Source: Terriglobia bacterium (GTDB lineage Bacteria; Acidobacteriota; Terriglobia; 2-12-FULL-54-10). From it: a stretch of DNA of 64,000 bases. The stretch lies in contig CAXVYR010000004.1 of the NCBI GenBank assembly GCA_963666975.2, forward strand, positions 2,144,001 through 2,208,000. The letters are read 5' to 3'. Position numbers and translations under genes: made by a program. A model generated the notes under the pieces. The model was not told the origin of the DNA. It saw only the letters and a program-made list of their open reading frames with translations, and did not search any database. Shown here piece after piece: positions 31,250 to 40,046 of this stretch. Numbering within the stretch: the first letter of the stretch is position 1; the number at the start of each line of letters is the position of its first letter.

Positions 31250-31359
31250 GGGCGGTCCTGAATTTGAAGGACGTGCGAGGCAAGGCCAAGGCTTACCAAG
31301 TCCGGCAGTTGCTTCAGATCGTGGAGCGGTATAACCTGTCGCTAGGTGGTGAGGAATGA
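31250..31359 (+). pseudogene. 3' remnant of a HicA-type toxin
   Basis: LNLKDVRGKAKAYQVRQLL..VERYNL is a HicA-type C-terminus overlapping hicB (ATGA); no recognisable N-terminal half upstream. Confidence 0.6.
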
Positions 31360-31586
31360 GGGACTACCATATCAACATTTTCTTCAGTGAGGAAGACGGC
31401 GGCTACATTGCCGACATCCCTGATCTGGCGCACTGCGCGGCTTTCGGCGAGACGCCGGAACAGGCTCTGGGCGAAGTGCTCAAGGCCAAGGCGGTTTGGA
31501 TCGAGGCCGCCAGGGCGGAAGGCAAGCCAGTGCCCCCGCCTTCTTATCGGCCAGCTATTTATCAGGTAACTCCGGTCCACGCCTAG
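31356..31586 (+). CDS. hicB: HicB-family antitoxin
   Basis: SEEDGGYIADIPDL..C.AFGETPEQAL, GKPVPPP. Confidence 0.9.
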   Translation: MRDYHINIFFSEEDGGYIADIPDLAHCAAFGETPEQALGEVLKAKAVWIEAARAEGKPVPPPSYRPAIYQVTPVHA

Positions 31587-31661
31587 CCCCTCGCCGCCAG
31601 CGCTTTCGTAGCCACCGCCCGCCAAGGCGGTTTGGGCGGGGTGGGCTCTTTGGGGGAACCC

Positions 31662-32387
31662 ATGCCAGGAATTGACGATCAGATAGAGGCAGTAAAGAAA
31701 CAGTATCCGAATGAATCCGATTCAACCTTCAATTTGATTCTTCGTGTTGCAGGCCAATTCAACGTATTGGCAGGCGTAGTCAACACAATCAAACAGCAGT
31801 TCTCAGGTGCCGCGGCAACCGATAAGGTAATGGCGCTTCTGAATGTGTTTGAGCAAACGATTCGAAGGCTGGAGCGGAACGTTGAGCGACTGTCGGCGAA
31901 ACTCGAATCTCCTAAATTCGTCGAGACGTTAACGGTGGCTGTCAATGAAACGATCCGCACATCTGACCGGAATAAGATTGAACGATTTGCGGTTGTTTTA
32001 GGCCATTCGGTAGCTGACCTTACCAACGCATTTCCGCTAGAGGAAGCAAGTGCGTACATTCGCGACTTAGCACAGCTAGGCGAGGCCGATATTCAAGCAA
32101 TGAGGATTCTCTATTCTGTTCAATCGCGTCTCTTCACAGGCGGGGCGGTGCCCACTGATCCCAATCCATACACGCAAGTTATCAAAGAAGTGTTCGCTGG
32201 GGTTGATAACGCCAGAGTTTCACGAGAGGAATTCTACTCACGATGCTCACGGCTAAACGGCTTCGGCCTCGCAATAGAAGTAATGCGCAACAACAGTCGG
32301 ATGGCGCCGGGAGATCACTGTTTTCGTCTTACAAAAAGAGGGGCTCAGTTGGTAGAAATCTTGACGCCACCCACCGAAGCTGCCTGA
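31662..32387 (+). CDS. Hypothetical protein, lower GC, cassette-like
   Basis: Intact 241-aa ORF, more AT-rich than neighbours; stop codon lies within an attC-like site. Confidence 0.75.
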   Translation: MPGIDDQIEAVKKQYPNESDSTFNLILRVAGQFNVLAGVVNTIKQQFSGAAATDKVMALLNVFEQTIRRLERNVERLSAKLESPKFVETLTVAVNETIRTSDRNKIERFAVVLGHSVADLTNAFPLEEASAYIRDLAQLGEADIQAMRILYSVQSRLFTGGAVPTDPNPYTQVIKEVFAGVDNARVSREEFYSRCSRLNGFGLAIEVMRNNSRMAPGDHCFRLTKRGAQLVEILTPPTEAA

Positions 32388-32437
32388 CCCGAGTTTTCAG
32401 CAGACGCGTTCGCGGCTGAAGCTCAGAATCGTTAGGT
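32382..32437 (+). other. attC-like integron recombination site
   Basis: GCCTGAC...TTTTCAGC-AGACGCGTTCGCG-GCTGAAG...GTTAGGT (R''/L''/L'/R' layout, imperfect). Confidence 0.5.
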
Positions 32438-32489
32438 GTAGCGTGCCCTACACCGCCTGGCTAGAGCGGGTAGCCCCGGCGAGCGGTTT

Positions 32490-32540
32490 TCCCCTCGACT
32501 TCGCTTCCTTCGGCTTCGCTCAGGGCAGGCGGGGCAAGTT
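32490..32540 (-). repeat. Doubly nested 24-bp palindromic unit
   Basis: Minus strand: CTTGCCCCG[CCTGCCCTGAGCGAAGCCGAAGGA]AGCGAAGTCGAGGGG. Confidence 0.8.
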
Positions 32541-32589
32541 CGCCGTGGGCATTTCTCAAGCGTGACGATCCTGGTGCGAAAGGAGAGAG

Positions 32590-32802
32590 CTAGAGTTTCT
32601 CAGTGGTCAGGCCCGTTCGCTTGGCGATCCGAGCCAACATTCGCGGGCCGATCTCCTCGTCGTCGTGGAAAGCGAAGACGAAATCAGGCCAATCGGGGCG
32701 GCTGAGTGTGCGGTGCGAACCAGACTGACGCTTCCTCTCCCAGCCGATCTTCAGCAGAGCAGCCAGCACCCGCCGGGCCTTTGCCGAGGGCCAATGGCTC
32801 AT
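32590..32802 (-). CDS. hicA: HicA-family mRNA interferase toxin
   Basis: LLKIGW...RQSGSHR, AFHD.EEIGPRML.RIAK. Confidence 0.92.
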   Translation of the reverse strand: MSHWPSAKARRVLAALLKIGWERKRQSGSHRTLSRPDWPDFVFAFHDDEEIGPRMLARIAKRTGLTTEKL

Positions 32803-33005
32803 GCTGCCTGAAAGATGACTTCCAACAATTCAGCGGGAGCTTCGCGTTGCTCCAGGCGCTCAGCGAGCACTCGGAGGGCAAGAGCTTGGACGCGAGCAAC
32901 GGCTTCATCACGGCTCGCGCCGTAGCACATCACGCCGGCCAGAGCGGGCACTTCGGCCAGCCAGCGGCCATCGTCCTCGCGTTCGAGCTCGATCGAAAAG
33001 GTCAT
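32799..33005 (-). CDS. hicB: HicB-family antitoxin (short)
   Basis: IELEREDDGRWLAEVP.L.GV..YG..RDEA; ATGA overlap with hicA. Confidence 0.9.
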   Translation of the reverse strand: MTFSIELEREDDGRWLAEVPALAGVMCYGASRDEAVARVQALALRVLAERLEQREAPAELLEVIFQAA

Positions 33006-33065
33006 GCAGGTACTGTACCATCCTGGCCGGCTGTCCAGCAAGCGCATAGCCATGGTGAGCGCTTT

Positions 33066-33140
33066 TCCTCTCGACTTCGCTCCCTTCGGCTTCGCTTCCC
33101 TCGACTGCGCTCGGGACAGGCAGGGCAGGCGGGGCAAGCA
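33066..33140 (-). repeat. Triply nested 24-bp palindromic unit
   Basis: Minus strand: CTTGCCCCG[CCTGCCCTG[CCTGTCCCGAGCGCAGTCGAGGGA]AGCGAAGCCGAAGGG]AGCGAAGTCGAGAGG. Confidence 0.8.
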
Positions 33141-33353
33141 CGCCGTGGGCATTTCGCGCGGATTCACAAGCCCACGACGAAACAACATTCGTCGTGACTA
33201 CCCACCCCTTCGCCCAATCCACTCTTAAAAATTCCCTGAACCAGAATGGGCAATGGAACGGGTGCGTTGACAATCACGCCGGAATTGATTTTCACGAGAT
33301 CTTCCATTACGCTCGAATATCGTTCGCAGGCACCGAAAAGTTTGGAGGGTAGT

Positions 33354-34721
33354 TTGTCAGAGAGCCGCCGCAGCGAGAGTGGAAAGATCAAGATCATCTT
33401 GCTGCTATTCATTGTGGGGATCGCTGCTTTTTTTCTGTGGCGGGAAATCAGCGCCGCGCCTCCCGTGATCCGTCTCGGCAGGGAGATCAAAGGAATCAGC
33501 CGGTCTACGGAACTCTCCTTCACGGCAACCGATCAACGCAGCCTCCTCGCGCTGAGTTTCTCGATTGAGCAGGGCGGCGAGACGATTCCCATTTTGTCTG
33601 AGTCCTACGGTTCGCGCTGGCGCTTCTGGGAGTCCGGCCCCCATGAATTGACGCGGGCAGTTCGCCTGGGCGTCGCCCACCAGGAGCAACTGCAGGACGG
33701 AGCCGCCGAACTGCGGGTGGATGTTCAAAACAAAAACTGGTTCTCCTCGCGGACTACCCTGACGCGCGACGTGGTGGTCCGTTCCGTTCCGCCGAGGATC
33801 GACATCCTCTCCGGGCTGCTCCACGTCAATCAGGCCGGCAGTGAGATGGTCCGCTACCGCGTCTCCCGGCACACGGTTTCTTCCGGCGTCCGCGTGGGAG
33901 AGCATTTCTTCCCCGGCTATCCGGCGCCGGAAGGGAATCGCGACGAGCGACTGGCCCTGTTTGCCTTTCCCTACGGCGTACCTGCGGATACGGTGCCGCA
34001 AGTGGTGGCGCGCGACGATGCGGAGAATGAATCGCAGGCGAGCTTCCCCTTTCGCCTTTTGACAAAAAACTTTCGCAGCCGCGACTTGCAGATTTCCGAC
34101 CGCTTTCTCCAAGCAACGGTGCCGTCCATCCTTTCTCACACCCCGGAACTCACCGACCAGGGGGATTTGCTCCAGAATTACCTGATGCTGAACGGGACGG
34201 TGCGCCAAAGCAACCGGGCCAAGATAGCGGAGATGTCCAAACAGTCCGCCGCTGAGTTCCTCTGGCAGGGGTCGTTTTTGCAATTGATGAACTCGGCGGT
34301 GGAGTCGCAGTTCGCCGATGACCGCTCCTATTGGTACCAGGGAAAACAGGTGGACCACCAAGTTCATCTCGGATTCGACCTGGCAGCGGTCAGGAATACG
34401 CCGGTGGAGGCATCCAACGCGGGGCGAGTGGTCTTTGCCGAGTACCTGGGAATTTTCGGCAACACAATCATCCTCGACCACGGGTTCGGGTTGCAGTCGC
34501 TCTACGCACATCTGCATTCTTTCGAGGTCGGCGTGGGCGACACGGTCCGCCGGGGCCAGACGATCGGCAAAACGGGCTCCACCGGGCTGGCCGGAGGCGA
34601 TCATCTGCACTTCACGATGTTGCTGGGTGGCGTAGAGGTGAACCCCATCGAATGGTGGGATCAGCGGTGGATTGAACAGCACATCCTGCCCAAGCTACCC
34701 GCAGGGCAAGTAATGCGTTAA
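33354..34721 (+). CDS. M23-family metallopeptidase
   Basis: HLGFD, GN.IILDHG, YAHL, TG...GDHLHF; N-terminal TM; TTG start behind GGAGG. Confidence 0.92.
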   Translation: MSESRRSESGKIKIILLLFIVGIAAFFLWREISAAPPVIRLGREIKGISRSTELSFTATDQRSLLALSFSIEQGGETIPILSESYGSRWRFWESGPHELTRAVRLGVAHQEQLQDGAAELRVDVQNKNWFSSRTTLTRDVVVRSVPPRIDILSGLLHVNQAGSEMVRYRVSRHTVSSGVRVGEHFFPGYPAPEGNRDERLALFAFPYGVPADTVPQVVARDDAENESQASFPFRLLTKNFRSRDLQISDRFLQATVPSILSHTPELTDQGDLLQNYLMLNGTVRQSNRAKIAEMSKQSAAEFLWQGSFLQLMNSAVESQFADDRSYWYQGKQVDHQVHLGFDLAAVRNTPVEASNAGRVVFAEYLGIFGNTIILDHGFGLQSLYAHLHSFEVGVGDTVRRGQTIGKTGSTGLAGGDHLHFTMLLGGVEVNPIEWWDQRWIEQHILPKLPAGQVMR

Positions 34722-34731
34722 TGCGGCGCCC

Positions 34732-35514
34732 CTACTCGCGGATGGCGACGATCCGGAGCCGCCTGTAATCGGCGAACCATGTGCCGTCTCGAAACAGGGC
34801 GGGCCGGAGCCGGTCTTCCACGCAGCGGATCAGGTCCGGCCGCTTCTCCGGTGCCACAGCAGCCAGGAAGTCGCCCGCAAACATCTCCATCCAATTGCGG
34901 ACGCCGTTTTCTCCCTCCTCCAAAGCCGTAGGGCGGTCAAACAAGACAGCGGAACGGACGGCCAAGCCGTGCTGTTCCAGGAGCCCTGCATACTCGCCGA
35001 CGCTCGGGAAATAGCGGCGATTTCGCTCGGCTATTGCTAAAAAATCCTGGGACGGAGCGCCCAGCGCCTTGCTGGCGCTTTGCAGGGCCGAATGAATGAC
35101 CTCGACGTTCCCCTTGCCGCCAAACTCGGCCACAAAACGTCCTCCGCGCTGGAGCGCTGACGCAATGCATGTAACGACCTGCTCCGGCTCCCGCATCCAA
35201 TGCAGCGCAGCATTCGAGAAGACGGCGTCAAAAACCTCCGCGAACGGGAGCCTGCCGCCGTCGGCCACGACAAAACGCAGGCCGGGATAACTGTTCCTCG
35301 CCTGATCGATCATCGCCTGCGAAAGGTCCAACCCGGTGACTTCCGCTCCGGAAAGGGCGATCTGGTGGCTCAGGTGCCCGGTTCCACATCCCAGATCGAG
35401 AATGCGTTCTCCTCTTTGTGGCGAAAGCAGCTCAATCACTTCGCTCCCGTACTTCCACACAAAGGAGTGCTTGCTGTCGTAGAGGGATGCATCCCACCGT
35501 TTGTTGCCCGTCAT
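34732..35514 (-). CDS. Class I SAM-dependent methyltransferase
   Basis: ILDLGCGTG, FDAVFSNAALHW, ADYRRLR. Confidence 0.92.
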   Translation of the reverse strand: MTGNKRWDASLYDSKHSFVWKYGSEVIELLSPQRGERILDLGCGTGHLSHQIALSGAEVTGLDLSQAMIDQARNSYPGLRFVVADGGRLPFAEVFDAVFSNAALHWMREPEQVVTCIASALQRGGRFVAEFGGKGNVEVIHSALQSASKALGAPSQDFLAIAERNRRYFPSVGEYAGLLEQHGLAVRSAVLFDRPTALEEGENGVRNWMEMFAGDFLAAVAPEKRPDLIRCVEDRLRPALFRDGTWFADYRRLRIVAIRE

Positions 35515-35654
35515 GAAGATACCCGCTGGACCGACAAAAACGCGTTCCCCGGCGGGTCCGGCGTTCCTGCGGCAGCCAGCACACCATTCCCAATGGTTGT
35601 GGTCAAGCGGCAGTCGTGGGACTATAATATCCCAACCGATTTTTGGGGGCGTGG

Positions 35655-36125
35655 ATGTCGGATCATCTCAAGAAGAAGTTGGAAGAAGAAATACGAACGC
35701 TGGAACACGAGTTGAACCATGAACTCCCGGCGGAGTTGAAGAAAGCCGTGGCGCACGGGGACCTCAGCGAGAACGCCGAGTACGCCGCGGCGCGGGAGCG
35801 CCAGGACTATGTCAGGGCGCGCTTGGCACAACTGGGCAAGCGGCTTTCAGACATCTCTCTGATCAACTTCAGCAAAATTCCCCGGGACCGCGTGGCCTTC
35901 GGCTCCACGGTTTTGGTATATGATGTGAGCAAAGAGACGGAAATTGAATATAAGCTAGTCGCCAGCGAAGAGGCGGATGTTTCCAAAGGGATGATCTCCA
36001 CCTTCTCGCCCATCGGACGGAGCTTGGCCGGCACGCAGGTCGGTGATATGGTCCGCGTCCAGACACCTTCCGGCAGCAAGGAGTTGGAGATTCTGAAGTT
36101 TTCCACCATCCACGACGAAAGCTGA
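35655..36125 (+). CDS. greA: Transcription elongation factor GreA
   Basis: HGDLSENAEY, FGSTV, IS..SPIGRSL. Confidence 0.95.
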   Translation: MSDHLKKKLEEEIRTLEHELNHELPAELKKAVAHGDLSENAEYAAARERQDYVRARLAQLGKRLSDISLINFSKIPRDRVAFGSTVLVYDVSKETEIEYKLVASEEADVSKGMISTFSPIGRSLAGTQVGDMVRVQTPSGSKELEILKFSTIHDES

Positions 36126-36239
36126 TCTCTGTTTGCCCAGGATCGAGGGGGCAATTTCACCGGATGCAAGTTCCAGCGGAGACGCGGCAGAGGCTGGGTA
36201 AAGACCGAATTTTTCTGAAGATTTTAAGGATACGACGCA

Positions 36240-36836
36240 ATGTTATCGCGAGGCATCGGAACAGGCGGGAATTTTATATTGGATCCTATCATCCGAGGGA
36301 TCTCGCTGACCAGAATCCACCCCAACGTCCTGACGGCTCTCGGGCTGGTCATTAACATCGTAGCGGCTGTCTTTTTTGGGGGAGGACACTTCCTGGCCGG
36401 CGGACTGGTGGTGCTGGGGGCCAGCATCTTTGACTTTGCCGACGGCAAAGTGGCCCGCATCACCAACCGGGCCACCACCTTTGGGGCGTTCTTCGATTCC
36501 GTCATCGACCGCTATTCCGACTTAGCGCTTTACATGGGACTGCTGGTGCATTATGCCCGCAGCGACCGCATTTTCTATGTGGTGCTGGTGGCGGTGGTGA
36601 TGACCGGCTCCGTCATGGTCAGCTACACGCGCTCCCGAGCCGAATGCATCCTTCCGAGCTGCAAGGTAGGGTTTCTGGAAAGGCCCGAGCGCGTCGTGCT
36701 GATCATCATTGGAGCTCTGGCGAACCGCATGGCCCCGGTGCTTTGGGTGATCGCCATCCTATCCAATATCACCGTCATTCACCGCTGTGTCTATACCTGG
36801 CAAGAAACGCAAAAGGACAGGGTGTCCGCCTCCTAG
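36240..36836 (+). CDS. CDP-alcohol phosphatidyltransferase
   Basis: HPN.LT, D..DG..AR, FGAFFDSVIDRYSD, SYTRSRAE. Confidence 0.92.
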   Translation: MLSRGIGTGGNFILDPIIRGISLTRIHPNVLTALGLVINIVAAVFFGGGHFLAGGLVVLGASIFDFADGKVARITNRATTFGAFFDSVIDRYSDLALYMGLLVHYARSDRIFYVVLVAVVMTGSVMVSYTRSRAECILPSCKVGFLERPERVVLIIIGALANRMAPVLWVIAILSNITVIHRCVYTWQETQKDRVSAS

Positions 36837-37012
36837 TCAACTCCGACTCCCTTGCCTTCACCGTTTCCAATCCGGCAGCTAGTTTCGATTTTCCTTTAGT
36901 TCGATTCTTTTTGGGGATGCCAAGCCGGCCTCCCGGAAAGTCCCTTAAAATGGGGCAAGCGTCCGTGAAATTTTCAGAACCTTCACCCTTCACCTTTTGC
37001 TAAGGAGGTCTC

Positions 37013-38209
37013 ATGTTGCCACAACAGTGGATGCAATGGATTTGGCCGGCGGCTGCGGTCGCGGCTCTGATGCTGGGCGGCTACTTGCTCATGAAGCTGT
37101 TCCGATTCGAGGTGAAGCACATCATCGAACGAACGGTGAAAAACAAGGTGCTCGATCCCGCTCTGCTCAAATGGATCGATGAAATCTCCGGGGTCATCCG
37201 GCTGGCGGTAATCGCCGTGGTGGGAATCCTGGCGGTCTTCTTCGTTCTAAGGTCTATGGGGCATCCCGCAGTGGTCGGCTGGGACTTTTCCGTGATCGTG
37301 AACTGGTTGATGGCTCACGGCCTCCGCATCGTTCTCTTGCTGGCCGGCGCCTATCTGGCAAGCAAGATCGCCAACCTGCTGCTCTCCAACGTCGGCCTGC
37401 TGATTCGCCCCTTTGACGAATCCAAGGCGGCGGAGATGGAACGGCAAAAGCGCGCCAAAACGATCAGCAGTGTTCTCCAAAAGTTCGCCACTGCGGCGAT
37501 TATCGGGGTGGCCTTCTTGATGGTGTTGTTGGAGCTGAACTTAAATATCACCCCGATCCTGACCAGCGTGGGGGTAGTGGGAGTCGCCCTCGGTTTTGGC
37601 GCCCAGCAACTGGTCGGCGACCTGATCGCCGGATTTTTCATCATTTTCGAAAACCAGATGCGCGTCGGAGACGTGGCGATCATCAACGGAACCGGCGGGC
37701 TGGTGGAGGAGATTCATATGCGGACCACTGTCTTGCGGAGCCTGGACGGCACCGTCCACGTCTTCCGCAACGGCACCATCGACGCGCTTTCCAACATGAC
37801 CCGGCTCTTTTCCTACTATGTGGTGAACCTGGGAGTCGCCTACAAAGAAGACACGGACCGCGTCTGCCAGGTGGTGCGGGAGGTCGTCGACGGGATGCAG
37901 GCCGAAGAAAAGTATGCCCATTCGATCCTGGAGCCCGTGGACATCCTCGGAGTGGATGAGTTCGCGGACTCGGCCGTCAACATCAAGCTGCGCATCAAAA
38001 CCCTGCCGATCCACCAGTGGGCAGTAGGGCGCGAATTCCGCCGCCGCATCAAGTACCGGTTTGACCAGGAAGGAATTGAGATTCCTTTCCCCCATCAGTC
38101 GATTTATTTCGGAGAGGCGAGCAAGCCATTCAACGTGAATGTTAATAACCCCGGGGGGCAACAACCTGCCTCCACGCCTCCGGGGGCAACCCCGCAACCG
38201 ACCGGCTAA
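37013..38209 (+). CDS. MscS-family mechanosensitive channel
   Basis: ALGFGAQQLV.D...G, G.VEEI..RTT, GIEIPFP. Confidence 0.93.
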   Translation: MLPQQWMQWIWPAAAVAALMLGGYLLMKLFRFEVKHIIERTVKNKVLDPALLKWIDEISGVIRLAVIAVVGILAVFFVLRSMGHPAVVGWDFSVIVNWLMAHGLRIVLLLAGAYLASKIANLLLSNVGLLIRPFDESKAAEMERQKRAKTISSVLQKFATAAIIGVAFLMVLLELNLNITPILTSVGVVGVALGFGAQQLVGDLIAGFFIIFENQMRVGDVAIINGTGGLVEEIHMRTTVLRSLDGTVHVFRNGTIDALSNMTRLFSYYVVNLGVAYKEDTDRVCQVVREVVDGMQAEEKYAHSILEPVDILGVDEFADSAVNIKLRIKTLPIHQWAVGREFRRRIKYRFDQEGIEIPFPHQSIYFGEASKPFNVNVNNPGGQQPASTPPGATPQPTG

Positions 38210-38242
38210 AGGAAAACAGGAACAGACCGGCCGCCCTAGACG

Positions 38243-39868
38243 CTAAAAGGACACCAGTTGGTGGTCGCCCGAATCCAGCGAAATCGCTTCGTAGACCTGA
38301 TCCAAAAATTGGGGTCCATATCGGGCCAGGAAAGAAATCCCGCTGAAGAGTCTTTCTTGCGGAGTTTTCTGCGGGTAGAGGCTGTTTTCGAGCCGCAACG
38401 CATCCCGCTCAACTTGCTCCGTGCGGTTCTGGACAGCCGAAGTCGCTTTGCGCTCCAGGCCGGAGAGCTGATACTGCATCTTCCGGGCGCTTTGTGCCGC
38501 AGCATCCACCAAGGTAGGGTCCACCTGGGCAAGCGCTTTCTGCAGCATCTCCATACGCTCTCCCAGCCCTTTAGATGCCTTCTGAAACATGTCAGTCAGC
38601 CCCTCCGGCAAGAAGCGCGCGGCCATCTTTTCCCGTAATAGCTGCTTTCCCGCATACACATCTAAGAGCGTCAAGCCGTATTTGCCCAGAAGCCGGGTCG
38701 CGGGCCTCTCCAGAATGGTAAAGCTGGCGCGAGGGAAAATGACCGGCATGCGGCCCAATACGCTTTGATAAATGGAACCGGCTTGAGCCAGGTAAGCCAG
38801 TTCGGAGGGACCGGCCACGTAGGCAACCGTGGGCAGCAGGGCATCCTGCATCACCGGACGCAGCAGCACATTGGGAGAAAGATTCTCCGGTTGCTGCTCG
38901 AGCTGCGCCAGCAAATCCTGCGCCGAGCAGGTGCGGCCCTCAGCCGACACAAACTTCTCTCCTTGCAACCGCAAGGCCGAGCGGCGTCCGTTTGCTTGCA
39001 TAAACAGGAGGGACGAGCTCTCCGTCACGCGTACCTGGGCATGGTAGCCGCTCTCGGTCAAGCGGCGGGTGCGTTCGGCGAGGCCGCGCTGCAACTCCGG
39101 GGCCGATTCGACGGCTGCGCGAAAAACACGGGCGCTCAGTTCATGGAGGCGGCGGTCCATCGGGTCCATCAGCACAACGCCGAAGTCGCGGAACAGCCGG
39201 GCCATGAAGCAGCCGAAGGCGGTTCCATAACTCTCTCCCGGCTTGTAGCACTCTGCCAATAGCTCAAACAGGCCTGAGGCCCCGGCAGAATCCGGTAAAA
39301 TTTCGCGCAGTTCATCTTGCAGCCGGACGACCGCAGCGGTGAAAGAAACTTCCCCGACTTGGGCGCCCGGGACCGGGGGTTGATCGAGATGATCCAACCG
39401 TCTCGGATTCCCTTCGCGGTCCTGCACAAAGCAGTGGTTCACCTCATCCAGGTCATGGTCCTCGGTGGCCAGCCAGAAAATCGGCACCGCTTCCAGGCCC
39501 CTGCTCGACAGGCTCCGGGCCAGTTTAATGGCGGTCAGCGCCTTAAAGAAGGCGAAAACAGGGCCGCTGAACAGGCCCATTTGCTGCCCGGTGACAACTG
39601 CATAGCAATCCGGGCGCTCCAGATTTTTTATACTGTCGAAGGTTTGCTCCGAGGAGGAAAACCGCTGGTTCTGTTCCTTAAGAACAGCCGCGACCTGCCG
39701 CCGAAGATCAGCGGGGTACTCGACCGATTGCGCAGCCTTCCGAAAGCTTTCCGCTTCGAACGGGTTATAGGAATAAAATTCGCTCACGCGGCCATAATCG
39801 TAAAGATAGTCCGCGAACAAGCGCGAGGTGTGAGGAATCCGGGTATAGGGAATCGAGTGATCATCCAT
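38243..39868 (-). CDS. bshC: Bacillithiol biosynthesis cysteine-adding enzyme
   Basis: VVTGQQ.GLF.GP, FWLATEDHD..E, SPNVLLRP, YVAGPSE.AY, PQER. Confidence 0.94.
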   Translation of the reverse strand: MDDHSIPYTRIPHTSRLFADYLYDYGRVSEFYSYNPFEAESFRKAAQSVEYPADLRRQVAAVLKEQNQRFSSSEQTFDSIKNLERPDCYAVVTGQQMGLFSGPVFAFFKALTAIKLARSLSSRGLEAVPIFWLATEDHDLDEVNHCFVQDREGNPRRLDHLDQPPVPGAQVGEVSFTAAVVRLQDELREILPDSAGASGLFELLAECYKPGESYGTAFGCFMARLFRDFGVVLMDPMDRRLHELSARVFRAAVESAPELQRGLAERTRRLTESGYHAQVRVTESSSLLFMQANGRRSALRLQGEKFVSAEGRTCSAQDLLAQLEQQPENLSPNVLLRPVMQDALLPTVAYVAGPSELAYLAQAGSIYQSVLGRMPVIFPRASFTILERPATRLLGKYGLTLLDVYAGKQLLREKMAARFLPEGLTDMFQKASKGLGERMEMLQKALAQVDPTLVDAAAQSARKMQYQLSGLERKATSAVQNRTEQVERDALRLENSLYPQKTPQERLFSGISFLARYGPQFLDQVYEAISLDSGDHQLVSF

Positions 39869-40046
39869 AGCGCTATTAGCTTATCCTTACATCCATCATC
39901 ACATCCAGCATCGCGGGGCATCCGGAGTCGAACAAGAGGAAATGCGAAGGGTTACGAGGCTCCGCCGCAGGGCAAGGATTCAACCCATTAGGACAGCAAC
40001 ATACGCGGGGTGCAGGAGACAGAGGAACGAGAACAATGCCGGCCCC

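Noticed and set aside
38243-39868. bshC outside Firmicutes as a novelty
   Set aside because: bshC homologues are already known in Acidobacteriota and Bacteroidota
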